Source of the DNA: Psammoneis japonica
Taxonomy: Eukaryota
Length of the DNA stretch: 20,000 nt
Direction of reading: 5' to 3'
Assembly: GCA_008632985.1 (NCBI GenBank)
Contig: QPGO01000302.1
Coordinates: 46,042 to 66,041 of the forward strand
The notes under the pieces are model-generated. The model saw only the letters and a program-made list of their open reading frames with translations, ran no database searches and was not told the DNA's origin. Shown here one piece after another: positions 1 through 11,054 of the stretch (position 1 is the stretch's first letter; the number at the start of each line of letters is the position of its first letter). The position numbers and the translations under genes are program-made.

Positions 1-1
1 A

Positions 2-2278
2 CCTCAGCATCAAGCCAACAGCGCGTTTGGGAGCGGAGCATCCACCGGTGCTCCTCCTTCTGTGGCGGCTCTTGGAGCGGACTTGCTAGATAAGGACCAG
101 TCCCTTTCGTTAAAGCAAGTGAGGAACACATCTCATCTTCCAATTGTATCTGTCGATCTCTATGGAACTGAAGCGAAAATCGCCTCGTTTCCGCCCAAGT
201 CTGAGTCCTTGGGAGCTATTCAATTTCCCGCGTCGTCGGGATCGTTGTCGTCGACTCTGACCTTGAATGCTACCGAGGCTTCCCATAAGGCATTGCGCAA
301 GTGGTTATCTAAAAGCAAGGGGTATGAATCTGTTCAAACTGCTGTTCTAGTCAAGGGAGACAACTGTGTTGAAGTTGTTCGTCCTCATCAGCTCTTGGGG
401 GTTCGCCGGCTCAAGGACCTACCTCAGGACGTTCGCGAGTCCTATTCAATAGACGAAGATGACTCCCCAGCTATTGCAGAGGAAGCCAACGCAGGATCCA
501 TTGGAGTTTCAATCGCGAACGGGACCATGGACGGAGGAACACCCAACGGGGACGACTATGACCGGGTTGTGTTCAAGATTCGTCTCCATGAGAGCAAAAA
601 GGCAGTCACGATGCTTCCCGAGGAAGCAGTTGCTCTTGCATTAAACCAAGCAAAGTTCAAGGTTGCACGGAATACAAAGTCAAAGGATGACGAGGAGGAA
701 ATTTTGGAATACCCCATGGCATTGGCTCTTCCGAGTTGGGCTTGTGGCGATGCCGGTGTCGACGCGATCATGGATGCGGTCGACGGAACAGCAGTGATAT
801 TCCAACGTAACGTAGCGGCTCTTTCGGGTGCGCTCTTTCCTGGTTCTCAGCCGGGGTCGAAAAACGTAATCTTGGAACGATTGCAGAGCACCATTCAACA
901 GCGAGCACAGGAGTTTCAACGGGACAAGAGCCGCGACGAGGACGCGGAGTTTAGCGACGATTCCGTATTGATTGTGGTTGGGGTCTCGGCTGGTGGTGTG
1001 GAATGCACAGCCATTTCGGTTTCAAACTATCAATTGCTCTCGGGCCAGGCCGCGTCGTGTAACAGTTGTCCGTTTGGAAGCTTCAAGGTTTTGACCAATG
1101 TTGCGTACGCAACCAAAGACCCAATTGCCAAGCTCGGCAAGTGCATCAGAAAGCTTCAGTCCACCCTGGAAGACGTTGCACCAGAAGAAGACCTCCCGGT
1201 GGCGTTTGTTACGCACGGAACTGTTGCAGAGCAATTGGCTATCAACAAGGCATTAAAGGCGACAAAGCTAGAGTCGTGGGGCAACGTCCCAATGTTTTCC
1301 ACCAAGGCAGATTGTGTGGCAGTTGGAACTGCAATCCTCGGAGCCGTCGGTCACGGACGTTTACTAACTCCGGTGGAAGGTGCCACCAGTAAGAAGCACA
1401 TGACGCAGCGTGCTTTGCGCCTTTTGAATGTGGCTCCTACGTCCGTTGGCATTCGCATGAACTACCACGGTGACGATCCTAGCAAGTGGGCTCCCGTCAA
1501 GGTCATTTTTGACTTTGACCGTCGAGTCCCCGCCGGGCCTCATGTGTTGGACCTGGATGCCGCCGAGTGTGCCGCGCATCGCAACGCAAACGAGTTGGAG
1601 CTTACGCACGACGAAGCCTTTGAGGCAGCCAAAAAGTATCAGGGTTCCAAAGGTATTCCGAAGCGAGAAGAGGCCGCTCTTGGATTTCGAATGCAGATTG
1701 TGCAAAAGCTGACACGAAAAGGGGGGTGGATCCCTGTCGGTAACCCAATGAGTCCTCTCTCCAAGCGCGACGATGATGACGACGAGATTCGTCACGCCTT
1801 TGAGAGCTCAAAGCTTGAACTTAGCTTTGTTGCGACGGGTATTATCACTGCTTCACTAACGAGCGACGGAAAGTCAGTGGTGCAAGCTACGAAATCCGCA
1901 CGAAACTCCAAGCTACGATATTACGCAGGAGTGATTCTTGCTATAGCGTTCTTTGGTGGGTTCTTAATCAAGTCTTACTGGGAGGAGCATGTTTTTGAAC
2001 GCGATACGGAGCGTCTCTTGGCGTATTACAAGCACGTTATACCTGGCTCCTTCCATGATGGCGATCGACAAAACGCCCGGTACCTTGTTTGGAAGTACGG
2101 AGGCAAAAAGGCAAAGCTATGGAAGCGCCTTGAAACCAAGTATGGAGTGCCAGTTCGGCATGCTGACGAGTGGGACGATGATGAAACGGAGACAGAGGAG
2201 GAAGCTACAGAAAACTTGGACGAGGAAGAAAGCACCCAAAAGGCCGAAGACGGTGAAAACGAAGAGCCAGATCTTTAG
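2..2278 (+). CDS. Highly divergent Hsp70-like protein with a C-terminal TM helix, small helical domain and acidic tail ending EPDL (5'-partial)
   Basis: Frame is open from position 2, so the start lies upstream. Colinear Hsp70 echoes: VSVDLYGT (cf. GIDLGTT), LPEEAVALAL (cf. PEEISAMVL), MALALPSW (cf. AVITVPAY), DCVAVGTAILGA (cf. DEAVAYGAAVQA), LLNVAPTSVGI (cf. LLDVAPLSLGI). Hydrophobic YAGVILAIAFFGGFLI near the C-terminus. Confidence 0.6.
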   Translation, partial: PQHQANSAFGSGASTGAPPSVAALGADLLDKDQSLSLKQVRNTSHLPIVSVDLYGTEAKIASFPPKSESLGAIQFPASSGSLSSTLTLNATEASHKALRKWLSKSKGYESVQTAVLVKGDNCVEVVRPHQLLGVRRLKDLPQDVRESYSIDEDDSPAIAEEANAGSIGVSIANGTMDGGTPNGDDYDRVVFKIRLHESKKAVTMLPEEAVALALNQAKFKVARNTKSKDDEEEILEYPMALALPSWACGDAGVDAIMDAVDGTAVIFQRNVAALSGALFPGSQPGSKNVILERLQSTIQQRAQEFQRDKSRDEDAEFSDDSVLIVVGVSAGGVECTAISVSNYQLLSGQAASCNSCPFGSFKVLTNVAYATKDPIAKLGKCIRKLQSTLEDVAPEEDLPVAFVTHGTVAEQLAINKALKATKLESWGNVPMFSTKADCVAVGTAILGAVGHGRLLTPVEGATSKKHMTQRALRLLNVAPTSVGIRMNYHGDDPSKWAPVKVIFDFDRRVPAGPHVLDLDAAECAAHRNANELELTHDEAFEAAKKYQGSKGIPKREEAALGFRMQIVQKLTRKGGWIPVGNPMSPLSKRDDDDDEIRHAFESSKLELSFVATGIITASLTSDGKSVVQATKSARNSKLRYYAGVILAIAFFGGFLIKSYWEEHVFERDTERLLAYYKHVIPGSFHDGDRQNARYLVWKYGGKKAKLWKRLETKYGVPVRHADEWDDDETETEEEATENLDEEESTQKAEDGENEEPDL

Positions 2279-2657
2279 AGGCCGTTTGGAGCTTTTGAAA
2301 CTCCCAACAGGAGATCTGTAAGCGGGGAAGAGAGAAGAGAGTAGCTAGCTTGTGTCACCATACTGTAGCTTGTCTTCTGCATTCCACAATTTACTACTCT
2401 CTCTAGAGCTTGTCTAGAGTGAAAAAAATCTAAAAGTAGTCAGTTAGTTGGCCAATCTAAGGATGGAAATGCGATGCCGAATCAGATTCAGTCCTACTGA
2501 TTATTATTAGAAGTTGTCTAAGCGTTGCCAAAAGTGTTTCTACAACAAGAGAGAACTGTGGTACAAGTAGTCATGATACTACGGCCTAAGCAGTAGCAAC
2601 CACACTGTTTAATAGTATGAAGCAGATAGCATGGAAATGAGGACTGATGAATATGGT

Positions 2658-3647
2658 CTACAATGGTACGCTTGGCCATCCCACTCCAGCAGCTCTTTTG
2701 GATCGACCAAAAGCGGGATTAGACAGCAAAGTCGGCGGCTCGGCGGAAAGATTGAGCTGCTCAAGCTGTTGTGTAGGCGCTGCTGTCTCCGCAGGTACTG
2801 GTTTCTGGGAAGTTCTGCTTGCTTGATACATTTCTGGAGTCGGTGGAGTCGTTCTGATGTACCAGCCCCACTCTGGACTGACGCAGCCATTGCTCGCCAC
2901 ACCGAACGGCTTGGTGGGCATAACCAATCCGTTCGCTCCTCCACCAAACCCCTTGGGAGCTAGCTTCGACGATTTTCCTCGTCTCTCGAGGCCGATATTA
3001 GCTTTCATTGAGCGTGATCGCCTCATTGCTGACTTGACAGGCTTTGACCCGGCTGTACTCGAGGGTAAAAGTGGAGATGAGTTTGACGAGTCGCGACCGT
3101 CGTGCTCGGCCTGCTCCAAAGAACAAAAAGAAGAACGTTTAGAGTATGAACCAGCTGCTAAGAGTTCCAACAAATTGAAGAAAGAAGCACTTACTTCATC
3201 GATAACTACTGCGAGATCTTGACCGCTCTCGTCCGACCAACTCATCTTTTTCGATCTCTTCAAGTTAGGCTCGTCAACCTCAGCAGCGGTCTCTGCTGAG
3301 ACGGCATGATGCGCGTGCAAAGCTTCTTGTTCCGACGCAAACTCTCCAAAATGCGATATATCTGACCCAAGTAGTTGAGGGGGAGATCTTTTCTTGCTCC
3401 CGCTTATATCCACACATTGAGTCGATTCTAGAAGAGGCGATCGTCTTCCACGTCGCTCCGTGGTCACGCCGGCACCATCCGAGTCTTGAACAAGCTCCTG
3501 TTTCACTTTTTCTTCCTCGTCGCGTTGCTTTGCCATATCACCACCAATCATCCACATTATCGTTCCAACCACAGGAGCTCTCAAAAACACAGAGAAGAGT
3601 CCCAGGTCATCAACGCGATCTGCCTCCAATGGTTGCTCAAATGCCAT
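2658..3647 (-). CDS. Hypothetical Ser/Pro-rich protein, probably 2 exons (in-frame intron 3111-3194)
   Basis: Long ORF with likely ATG at 3647 (MAFEQPLE). GTAAGT donor at 3194 and CAG acceptor at 3111 give an 84-nt stop-free intron. Short motifs KKMSWSDESGQDL and SPEWGWYIRTTPPT. Confidence 0.65.
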   Translation of the reverse strand: MAFEQPLEADRVDDLGLFSVFLRAPVVGTIMWMIGGDMAKQRDEEEKVKQELVQDSDGAGVTTERRGRRSPLLESTQCVDISGSKKRSPPQLLGSDISHFGEFASEQEALHAHHAVSAETAAEVDEPNLKRSKKMSWSDESGQDLAVVIDEVSASFFNLLELLAAGSYSKRSSFCSLEQAEHDGRDSSNSSPLLPSSTAGSKPVKSAMRRSRSMKANIGLERRGKSSKLAPKGFGGGANGLVMPTKPFGVASNGCVSPEWGWYIRTTPPTPEMYQASRTSQKPVPAETAAPTQQLEQLNLSAEPPTLLSNPAFGRSKRAAGVGWPSVPL

Positions 3648-5819
3648 GGTCGTCGGAGCTTCTGGCAGCAAGTAAGCAGTGGCAACAAATTTTGCTTCGG
3701 GCTGGCGCTGAACGAAGAAACTGTTCTGTGACTGCAACACGCGTTGGGACCTGGTACAAAACCTACGTGACAACCTCCCGTACAAGTGCACTGAACGAAC
3801 TAATATACTTATTGGGAACTAAAGGTGATAATTAGTGGGTCGGACAAACTGGCTGCCTTCAACTTGCGCGCGAAGTGTCAAGGCAATCAAATTACTATCC
3901 TCATCTTTGAATAACTGAATTTGGGCTGGAATGGGGTGCGTCAGCTATCGTCAGCCAACTGGTAGAAAGGTCGTAGAAATATACATACGTGTTTTATAGT
4001 ATGTGACATGTACGGCGCGAAAATGCACGCAGACGCGCAAGATTGCCAACGTCTTATGTGTGATGGGCTACTGTGCTTCAAAGGAACGTTGGGATCGTGC
4101 GTGGCGTGCGCATCGCACTGTGGTTGCGGTTGAGAATCCCCATGGGATTCCCGGCCACCGCCTCAGCGGATCAGCACCTCGATGACGTGCAACAGTGATC
4201 CACAGCACTGGATCTAAGGTGTGTGATAAACAGCAGTAGTTGCACCGTAGAAGCAGCAGCTGACAGGAACCCGGACATGCGAGTCTGAAGGTCTGTGCAG
4301 CAATGCAGCCTGGACAAAATGGAGGACATCCGGCACTGTGCCGAGAACAAACGTCACTTCACCCATTCCACCAGGCGGAGGAGCAACATACCCCGCAACC
4401 AACCCCCAGTGCTGGGCATGCTCAGCAGCAACCTCGAGACGCTCCTCTTCCTTCCGAGTGGGGGGGGCGGGGTGCCGCGGCGATCCCTTGACACAACGCC
4501 ACAAGTTGGTCGTTCGTCATGCCGCCATTGTTGCCAACACCGCCAACTGCCAACAGACGATCCGAGATGTCGAAACCATCAAAATCCGCAGCGTCATCCA
4601 TCTTGCTCGCATCAAACAAAGGGCTGCCCTTCGTGACCGAGCGCTCGTCGTTGTTTGCTGCAATGCATTGCATGCCACGCTTCCATGCAGCTCCCAGTGG
4701 GAAATCCGCACCCAACTCCGGAGTGGGCTCATCCACAGGAATGCCACTGGGGAAAGTCTTGCCTGGTGGCAAAGGCAGGAACAGCTTCAGAACAGAGATC
4801 TGAGGGTGGTCTTCCGCAGCCGCAGGTGGAGGGAAATGCAGACGCCCCACAGGTGCAACCCAGTCATCCTCCGGTGGAGTTGTTGGGCCGTCAACAGTGT
4901 CCGGCGCCTGATTGCGAAGTCATTGAAGCTTGAAAGGAGTTGAGAGCGACAGAGACTGGGGTGTGACTCCCAATCTCGTCCGACAAGCTCCCAATGACAG
5001 AGGTGGTCCCTTCCGTCGAAGCAAACACTTGAGGGCGGGTGAGAATCATGATCCACTTTGAGCAAACAAAGGCAAACTGGGTTGCTTTCATTGGATTGGA
5101 TGTGACAGTGTGGCGAACCTCATGGTTCACACCCGGTCGAAGCGTCGAAGCCAGTGCCATTGCATTCTCGTCTGAGAACGGAAACGCTGTTGTGTGGTGC
5201 TGGTCAGCAGCACCACGACCCTGCTGGACAGCAGCGGCGGAAGGAGCAAACACAGTCATTGAACAATGACTTCACAGACTCAGTGTAAATGGCTGACTTC
5301 GGAAATTGTGAGGAGCCACTCCCATGGGTTCCGGCCGTGAACTCTGCAGGTGGAGCATCCTGTCCACAACTTTGTGGTGTTTGATTCAGATTTTCAAAAT
5401 TTTCAATGGCTGCAAACAATGTGAACCGTGAACCCTGCATGACGGTTGCTCTCAAGCAGGCACCACTGGGGCTTGGAGGACCCATCATGCTCCGTGCCTG
5501 CATCGAAACATTCGTGGCTCGGACAGACATGTTGTGTGGTCGAGCGCTGAGCATGCAGGACCAGCAGTTGAACAACCAGCAAGAAACAGAGATGCCATTC
5601 TCAAGAGGCACACACACATGAACATGTTCACAATCCCACACTCGACGCGTTCCAGATGCAGGTGGGAATCCGTGTGACATTGGGCCCGCAGACTTCTGCG
5701 TGCGAGCTCCGCAGTAAAATCACACGGTGATTAAAATGTCAATGATCGCCAACAGAAAATGAGGCAATTTTGCGAATGCACAAACTCGCACATGATTGAA
5801 GTACATCATTTTTTACTTG

Positions 5820-5858
5820 GCCAGTTACATTCTTCAGACATTGAAGAATGTAACTGGC
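5820..5858. repeat. Perfect inverted repeat, 17-bp stem with 5-nt loop
   Basis: GCCAGTTACATTCTTCA-gacat-TGAAGAATGTAACTGGC. Confidence 0.95.
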
Positions 5859-5934
5859 GCATCATTGTTTCTATAAATTTGTCACACAAAACGTCTGGGG
5901 AACAGCGAGTCTGGACAATTTTTTTAAAATGTCA

Positions 5935-5952
5935 CACGTAGAAATCTACGTG
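5935..5952. repeat. Short perfect inverted repeat with 8-bp arms
   Basis: CACGTAGA-aa-TCTACGTG. Confidence 0.85.
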
Positions 5953-6594
5953 CAAAACATACGACGGATGATAAAAATCATTGTTGTCACACGTCAGCAC
6001 TGCGAGCTCCCACCTGGGGCTGGAACGCGTCACTCGCACCAGCGAGGGGGTCAACCATGGCCGACAGCATGCGGCCATTTCCCGCCGGCGAGGGTGTGAC
6101 CCACACACGCCGAGCGGTTGTCAAGAAAGTGGCTTTTGGTTGCATAGAGGAGACCATCCTCTCAGTGTCAGGCATTGCCGCATTGGCACAGTAAAAAAGA
6201 GGGGGATGGAGACAACGACTGTTCATGAGTCGGTTCCGGAATCCCAGTCAAATTGCTCTGTCATGAGCGCAGAATTTGATGGAGTGAACATGTGGGACAC
6301 CTGTGTCACTCCCCGATCCTTAGCAATCATCAACAGAGTGTTAATTTTGCAATGAGACATGGTCGCTGCAGTGGACCATGGTTGCACCCCTCTGATGCTG
6401 ACTGCCAAGGGAACAATGCGTGGATTGGTCAGTCTAGGATCTCGTCGCGTCCGTTTGTCCTCCGTCCTCGGCCTCCCGTCTGTCCCTCGCTAGTCTACCT
6501 CCGCGATGACCCCCGCGACTCACCCAGCCACAGCTTCCTCTCATTGCTTGGCTTGGAGTCTAGGGCTAGAATAGATACCGGTAGATACTTTACG

Positions 6595-6661
6595 ATAGAG
6601 ATAGATAGATTTCTTGAAGATTGCTTGATAGATTGAATGAATGGATGGAATGGATGGATGG
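6595..6661. repeat. Imperfect microsatellite (GATA)n then (ATGG)n
   Basis: atagagatagatagat ... gaatgaatggatggaatggatggatgg. Confidence 0.7.
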
Positions 6662-6974
6662 AGCCAGCCACCGCACTCTCTCTAGAGCTAAGAGTTAGAT
6701 TTGCCATTGACAGTTTTGCTACACCCCAGAGAGCTCCATCCAGTACAGTCTCAACTCATTACTTCTATACTTCTGCATTTAAAAAAGTTGTTATCAATCT
6801 AATTCTACCTACTACTCTAACTCTACAACCACAGGCTCAGATATTCCACTAGAAAAATGATGGACGGAAGGAGCAACTATGTTGTCTTCCAACCAGAGCA
6901 CGTGAGCCTAACTTTCACGATTAAATGGCAAGATATGCTCGGTTCTAGCACCAACGTCGCTTTGATAAGTAACT

Positions 6975-9483
6975 CTATTGTTTTAGTTTGAATGTGCAGA
7001 ACTGACGATGCGTCGTTAAATCAACGGTATAGTCCGAACTAGTCAATACGCCACTTTCAATCTTTCGTGTCATCATATGAAGAAAGACGGAATTCCCAAC
7101 AGATACCTTTGCAAGACTTTTCAACTCCTCTGCACCAATGGGAGACAGGTCTAGTTGTGCTTGCAAGAGCTTGTCAACAGCTGCCTTGCTACGTTTGAAG
7201 CAGTCAGCGGCGGATGACAACAAATCGGTCTGCGTCACTTTGCTAAAGTCGGTGCCTTGTAGAAAGTCACTATACGATAGTGATGGTGGGTGAGGAATGA
7301 CTTGGAAAGCATCAAATTGTTTCTTGAATTTTTGCTCGGGTGACGTAAACTGGTATGTTTGGTGAGGCACAGCTTTCATTTGGTCTAGAGCGGTAATGAG
7401 CTATCGATACAGCGCGCAGAAACGATGCAAGGTTAGACTGGACTTGCGCCAGACATACATAAAGAATCACCGCAAAAAGGAATTGCAAAAGCTACTCACT
7501 CGAACGAGACCTCGACACAAATCTCGCCGCATTTGTACCAACACGATTTCAAATTCACTTCGCAAGTCCTGAGCCTCTTCTTCTTTTGTTTTCCCGTGAG
7601 TCTTTCTGCGTCCGGCGCCCTTCTTTTTACCCTTTTTCTGGGCTTCTGGTTGTGTCTTTTGTCGCCAAAGGGCTCTTGTCTGTTGAAACGAAACAATGCT
7701 GTTCAAAAGAGACGACAACAAAAAGTCTCTGTACCAATAAGCGGTCAACAACTCGCGGATTCCGCGAAAGAGTTCGAGCTCAATTCCAATGGCAAGGTGG
7801 CGATCCATGAGCGAGTTGGTTGTGCGAAGAATGTAGAGTGTAAAGATGGGAGGGGCGCTATCTGCACCATCACGCGCCCTGCTTTGTCCAAGGTCCACTG
7901 CATGCGCTTCTTGTTGTAGGGTTGCCCACTCTGGGAACATTACTGTGTCTATAAAAGCTCGTTGTCGATTCCGGTTCAAAAGAAATAGCTTGAGGGTATC
8001 GTAGATTGGTTTGGCTATACGACTCACAAAGGCTCGACAGTGGTGATTGTCAATGTCATTGAGTGGAACACCACTCGCTTCAACAATGTCTTGAGCAATA
8101 AGTGTTGTCACCACATGTTGACCCAAAAGAAGATCATCAAAATACAAGTAAAGAACTGATAGAGAGCGGCTGAGAATGTTCACCGACGAACTGGAGACGC
8201 GTTCCAACATGTCTCTGGTTCGACCCAGCGTCGTCCCTTTCAAAAGCAAGTCGCAAGCTACCCAGCTAACCTCAGATATAATTGTTTTGAGGGACCCGAG
8301 TGACTCTTTAGCAGATCGAAATATCGTTTTGCGGATAGGCGTGTTACCAACGAGGGGACGATTCACGTAGGGATCGAAGCACTTGGAGAGCAGCTGCTTT
8401 TCCGCGTCGCTGTACTCCGAAACGAATTTCTGCAGTTGGTCCATTTTCCTCTCTCCTAGAGCGATTATCGGCTTCGTTTTTGTGGCCACGTCACGCACTG
8501 TTGTCGCAGAAAGGCTTGTCTAGTTTCGCAGCGTTGCAGTCCACAAGCAATTGAGCTGTCTCGATACAACTATTTTCGAGAACACATTCATTTGTACTTA
8601 CCAACGGTAGACACGAACGAAGAAAGTCTAACAGAAATCCCAACACCAGTTTCACAACAGCACTGTTTGGATCGTCACCCACTAGAATAAGAGCATCATG
8701 AAGGGCATGAAGAGCGAATGCTTCGTCACCCTCGCCGAAAAAGTCTAGCAGTCCATAAGTATTCACTGAGAAATCTTCTTCCTCGTAAATGTCCGCATTG
8801 AAAGCAATGTTCTGAACGACAAAGGATATTGCTATCACACCTAATGCTGCTGCATAAACCACATGTTGTGCTGGAGTTGCGTTATTTGTCCCTGACTGGA
8901 TGACATGAGAGCGCCCATTCGTTCCGTCATGTCACCACCGGCACAATGAATTTGCATCTCTCTCACCACTTCAGCGTGCGTATACAAACAGCTAAAGGTG
9001 CTTTCACACACAGATGCACCACTCAGAAGTGATTCTAACCTTGTCAGTATCTCCAAACAAATGATTTCGGCTTCCTTCATTGTGAGTGATTCCCACGGCA
9101 AATTCTCGAGTCCTGTCGGTGTTGGTCGGGGCGGAACAGTTTGTTCACTAGATGCTTTCGTCGTATCATAAGCTGAAATGGGAAGTTCACAACAGTCAAG
9201 TTTTCGATCCATGAGCACAAGGGCAGTCATACTTGTGTGTAGGCTTTGGAGGAAGAGAGGCGTCTGCGTAAGTGTTTTACCACAACGAGGAAAATACCGT
9301 GACCGCGAGACATGCAACATACCTGAAATCATCACCACAGAGGAATGGATCTGACACCGATAAGGATGATGCGCATGATTCTACCACAGATGTGATATCT
9401 ACCCAGTTATCGCTGTCTTTAGAAACGTCGCTTTTCTTTTCGTCTCCGTCGCCACCGTTCAGCAACCCCGGCTCCGTCGTCAT
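6975..9483 (-). CDS. NAA35: N-alpha-acetyltransferase 35, NatC auxiliary subunit (MAK10)
   Basis: Family motifs WVDITS..SLHTSMTALVLMDRKLD, LSGASVCESTFSCLYTH, ADIYEEEDF, FDPYVNRPL, NRNRQR, GIELELF..AYWYRDFL. ATG at 9483; GT-AG introns 9244-9322, 8520-8601 and 7401-7499 restore frame. One unresolved frame change near 8860-8970. Confidence 0.9.
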
Positions 9484-9715
9484 GGTGGCTTTTTCTGCTT
9501 TTGCTCTCTTTTTTGCTTCGCAAGTGTCCGCGCGTCGCGTCGCGCGTCCCCTTTGGCTCTCGAAAAGAAGGAAGGACACTCTGTAGAAGATTTCAATTTT
9601 CCTTGTAGAAAAGACACGGCTAGCCGTAACACGTTTATGGCTGAGCACGAAGGACACGCTAAAAGCGCACCGCACAACATCTTTCCCTTCGCTTCTTGCA
9701 TTCCTTCCACGCGCC
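9484..9715. promoter_or_regulatory. Putative bidirectional promoter region between NAA35 and the Ero1-like gene
   Basis: Head-to-head start codons about 230 bp apart. Confidence 0.5.
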
Positions 9716-11054
9716 ATGACGATGGGATTGCCCTCCCGCGATGTCAAAGCCAGCTCAATTGGATTGTTTCTCTTGATAGGGACTGGTCAACTCTTGTCTC
9801 TAGTTCTTGCCTTCCCGACTAGATTTTCAAAGCCTTTTGGCGGGAGCGTTTCATGTCGTTCGTTTGTTTCTCAATCGAAAATTGCCTTGAGTTCAGTTGA
9901 AACAGTATCTTCGAATGAAGATCTTTTGCCAGGAATTGAAGCTATCGATTCTATGAATGCGGATCTGCGTGAAAGCCTTGAGTTGTTGCGCAATCAGCCC
10001 TACTTTCGCCTCTATAGTATTGACATGTTAGCCAGCTGTGAGTACTTACCACAAGAGCTGTTTGAGTGCTACAGCGAACGTTGCGAGATCTACCCAGTGG
10101 ATGAAGAAGAAGTGAGTATCGTGCTTCCATCCCTGTTCTATGCAATGATATGTGTTTACAGTAGTTATTTTTAACCAGATGATGATTTGCTCATGCCTGA
10201 ATGCGTAGATACCGACTGATATGAAAGATGTAGACGCAGATGAACATGATTTTGAGTTGGACGGTTGGGCTCGATGGGACATGCCAACTGATGACTACTA
10301 TGACATTGAACAGTTCCCAGAAGGCTACACAGGATACGACGGATCAGATATATGGCGCTTCATTCACGATCGGATTGCTTTTGAAGGCTACGAATACGAT
10401 GATGATCATTGGAAGGCAGACTTCAACAAAGCTGTTTCGGGTTTGCATTCAATGATATCAGCTCAGGTCGTTAGAGGAATCCAAGACAAGATCGACAGTG
10501 GCGAAGAATTTACAGATGAGGAAATATGGCGTGATGCAGACGCAGAGTTTGAACGGCGTCTTGGTCAAGGTGGTGAGACCCCTCTGGCTATTGAGAACCT
10601 TTATTTCTGCTACATGCTTTTGCTTACCGGAGCGTCAAAGGCGAGAGACCGATTGTTGCAAGACTGTGATTCTGGAAAGATTGATGCAGATGCTGCCTCG
10701 GCTTTGAGGCCTGTTTTGTCAAGCGAATTACTTGATCACCCTTCTGTTGGAGTTGCGTACGCAAAGCTTCATGATCACGCTGTGAAGGACTCAGACTCCA
10801 AGGCTGCCTTGTGGGAGGCGCGGCTTCGAACAAGGGAACTAGTTCGGATCATGAATTGCGTTCAGTGCAACAAGTGCCGCCTTCACGGCAAAATATCCGG
10901 CATGGGACTGTCTACTGCACTACAGCTGAGCCTTGGCTTCACCGGAGAAGGTGGCGATGCGACGCGTGTTCATCGGGTGGAGCTCGCGTGTCTGATGGCT
11001 ACTCTCGATAAGTTCTCGAAGGCAATCGAAACATGTCAACGAATGCGTTCTTAA
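9716..11054 (+). CDS. ERO1: Ero1-like FAD-dependent thiol oxidase, 2 exons (intron 10112-10208)
   Basis: YFRLYSID..CEYLPQELFECYSERCEI (outer cysteines), PEGYTGYDG..IWRFI, VSGLHSMIS, IENLYF, IMNCVQCNKCRLHGK..GLSTAL (CxxCxxC). GTGAGT..TAG intron joins the two ORFs in frame. N-terminal signal-like peptide. Confidence 0.9.

Larger units (their letters stand above)
4003..6430. mobile_element. Degenerate repeat/transposon relic(s), family unassigned, strongly TpA-depleted
   Basis: About 2 TpA in 4261-5700 and about 4 in 5990-6420. Fragmented, nearly Tyr-free minus-strand ORFs (5680-5204, 5259-4891, 4850-4422). Same compositional signature as the helicase relic at 17.3-20 kb. Boundaries approximate; no recognisable domain. 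Confidence 0.55.

Noticed and set aside
3648..3791. N-terminal extension of ORF 2658-3791
   Set aside because: It begins at GTG; the first in-frame ATG is at 3647.
4002..5993. TGTGACA...TGTCACA as terminal inverted repeats or LTR ends; similar TGTGACA..ACGG at 17330
   Set aside because: Only 7 bp match, the motif occurs many times in TG/CA-rich sequence, and no target-site duplication was found.
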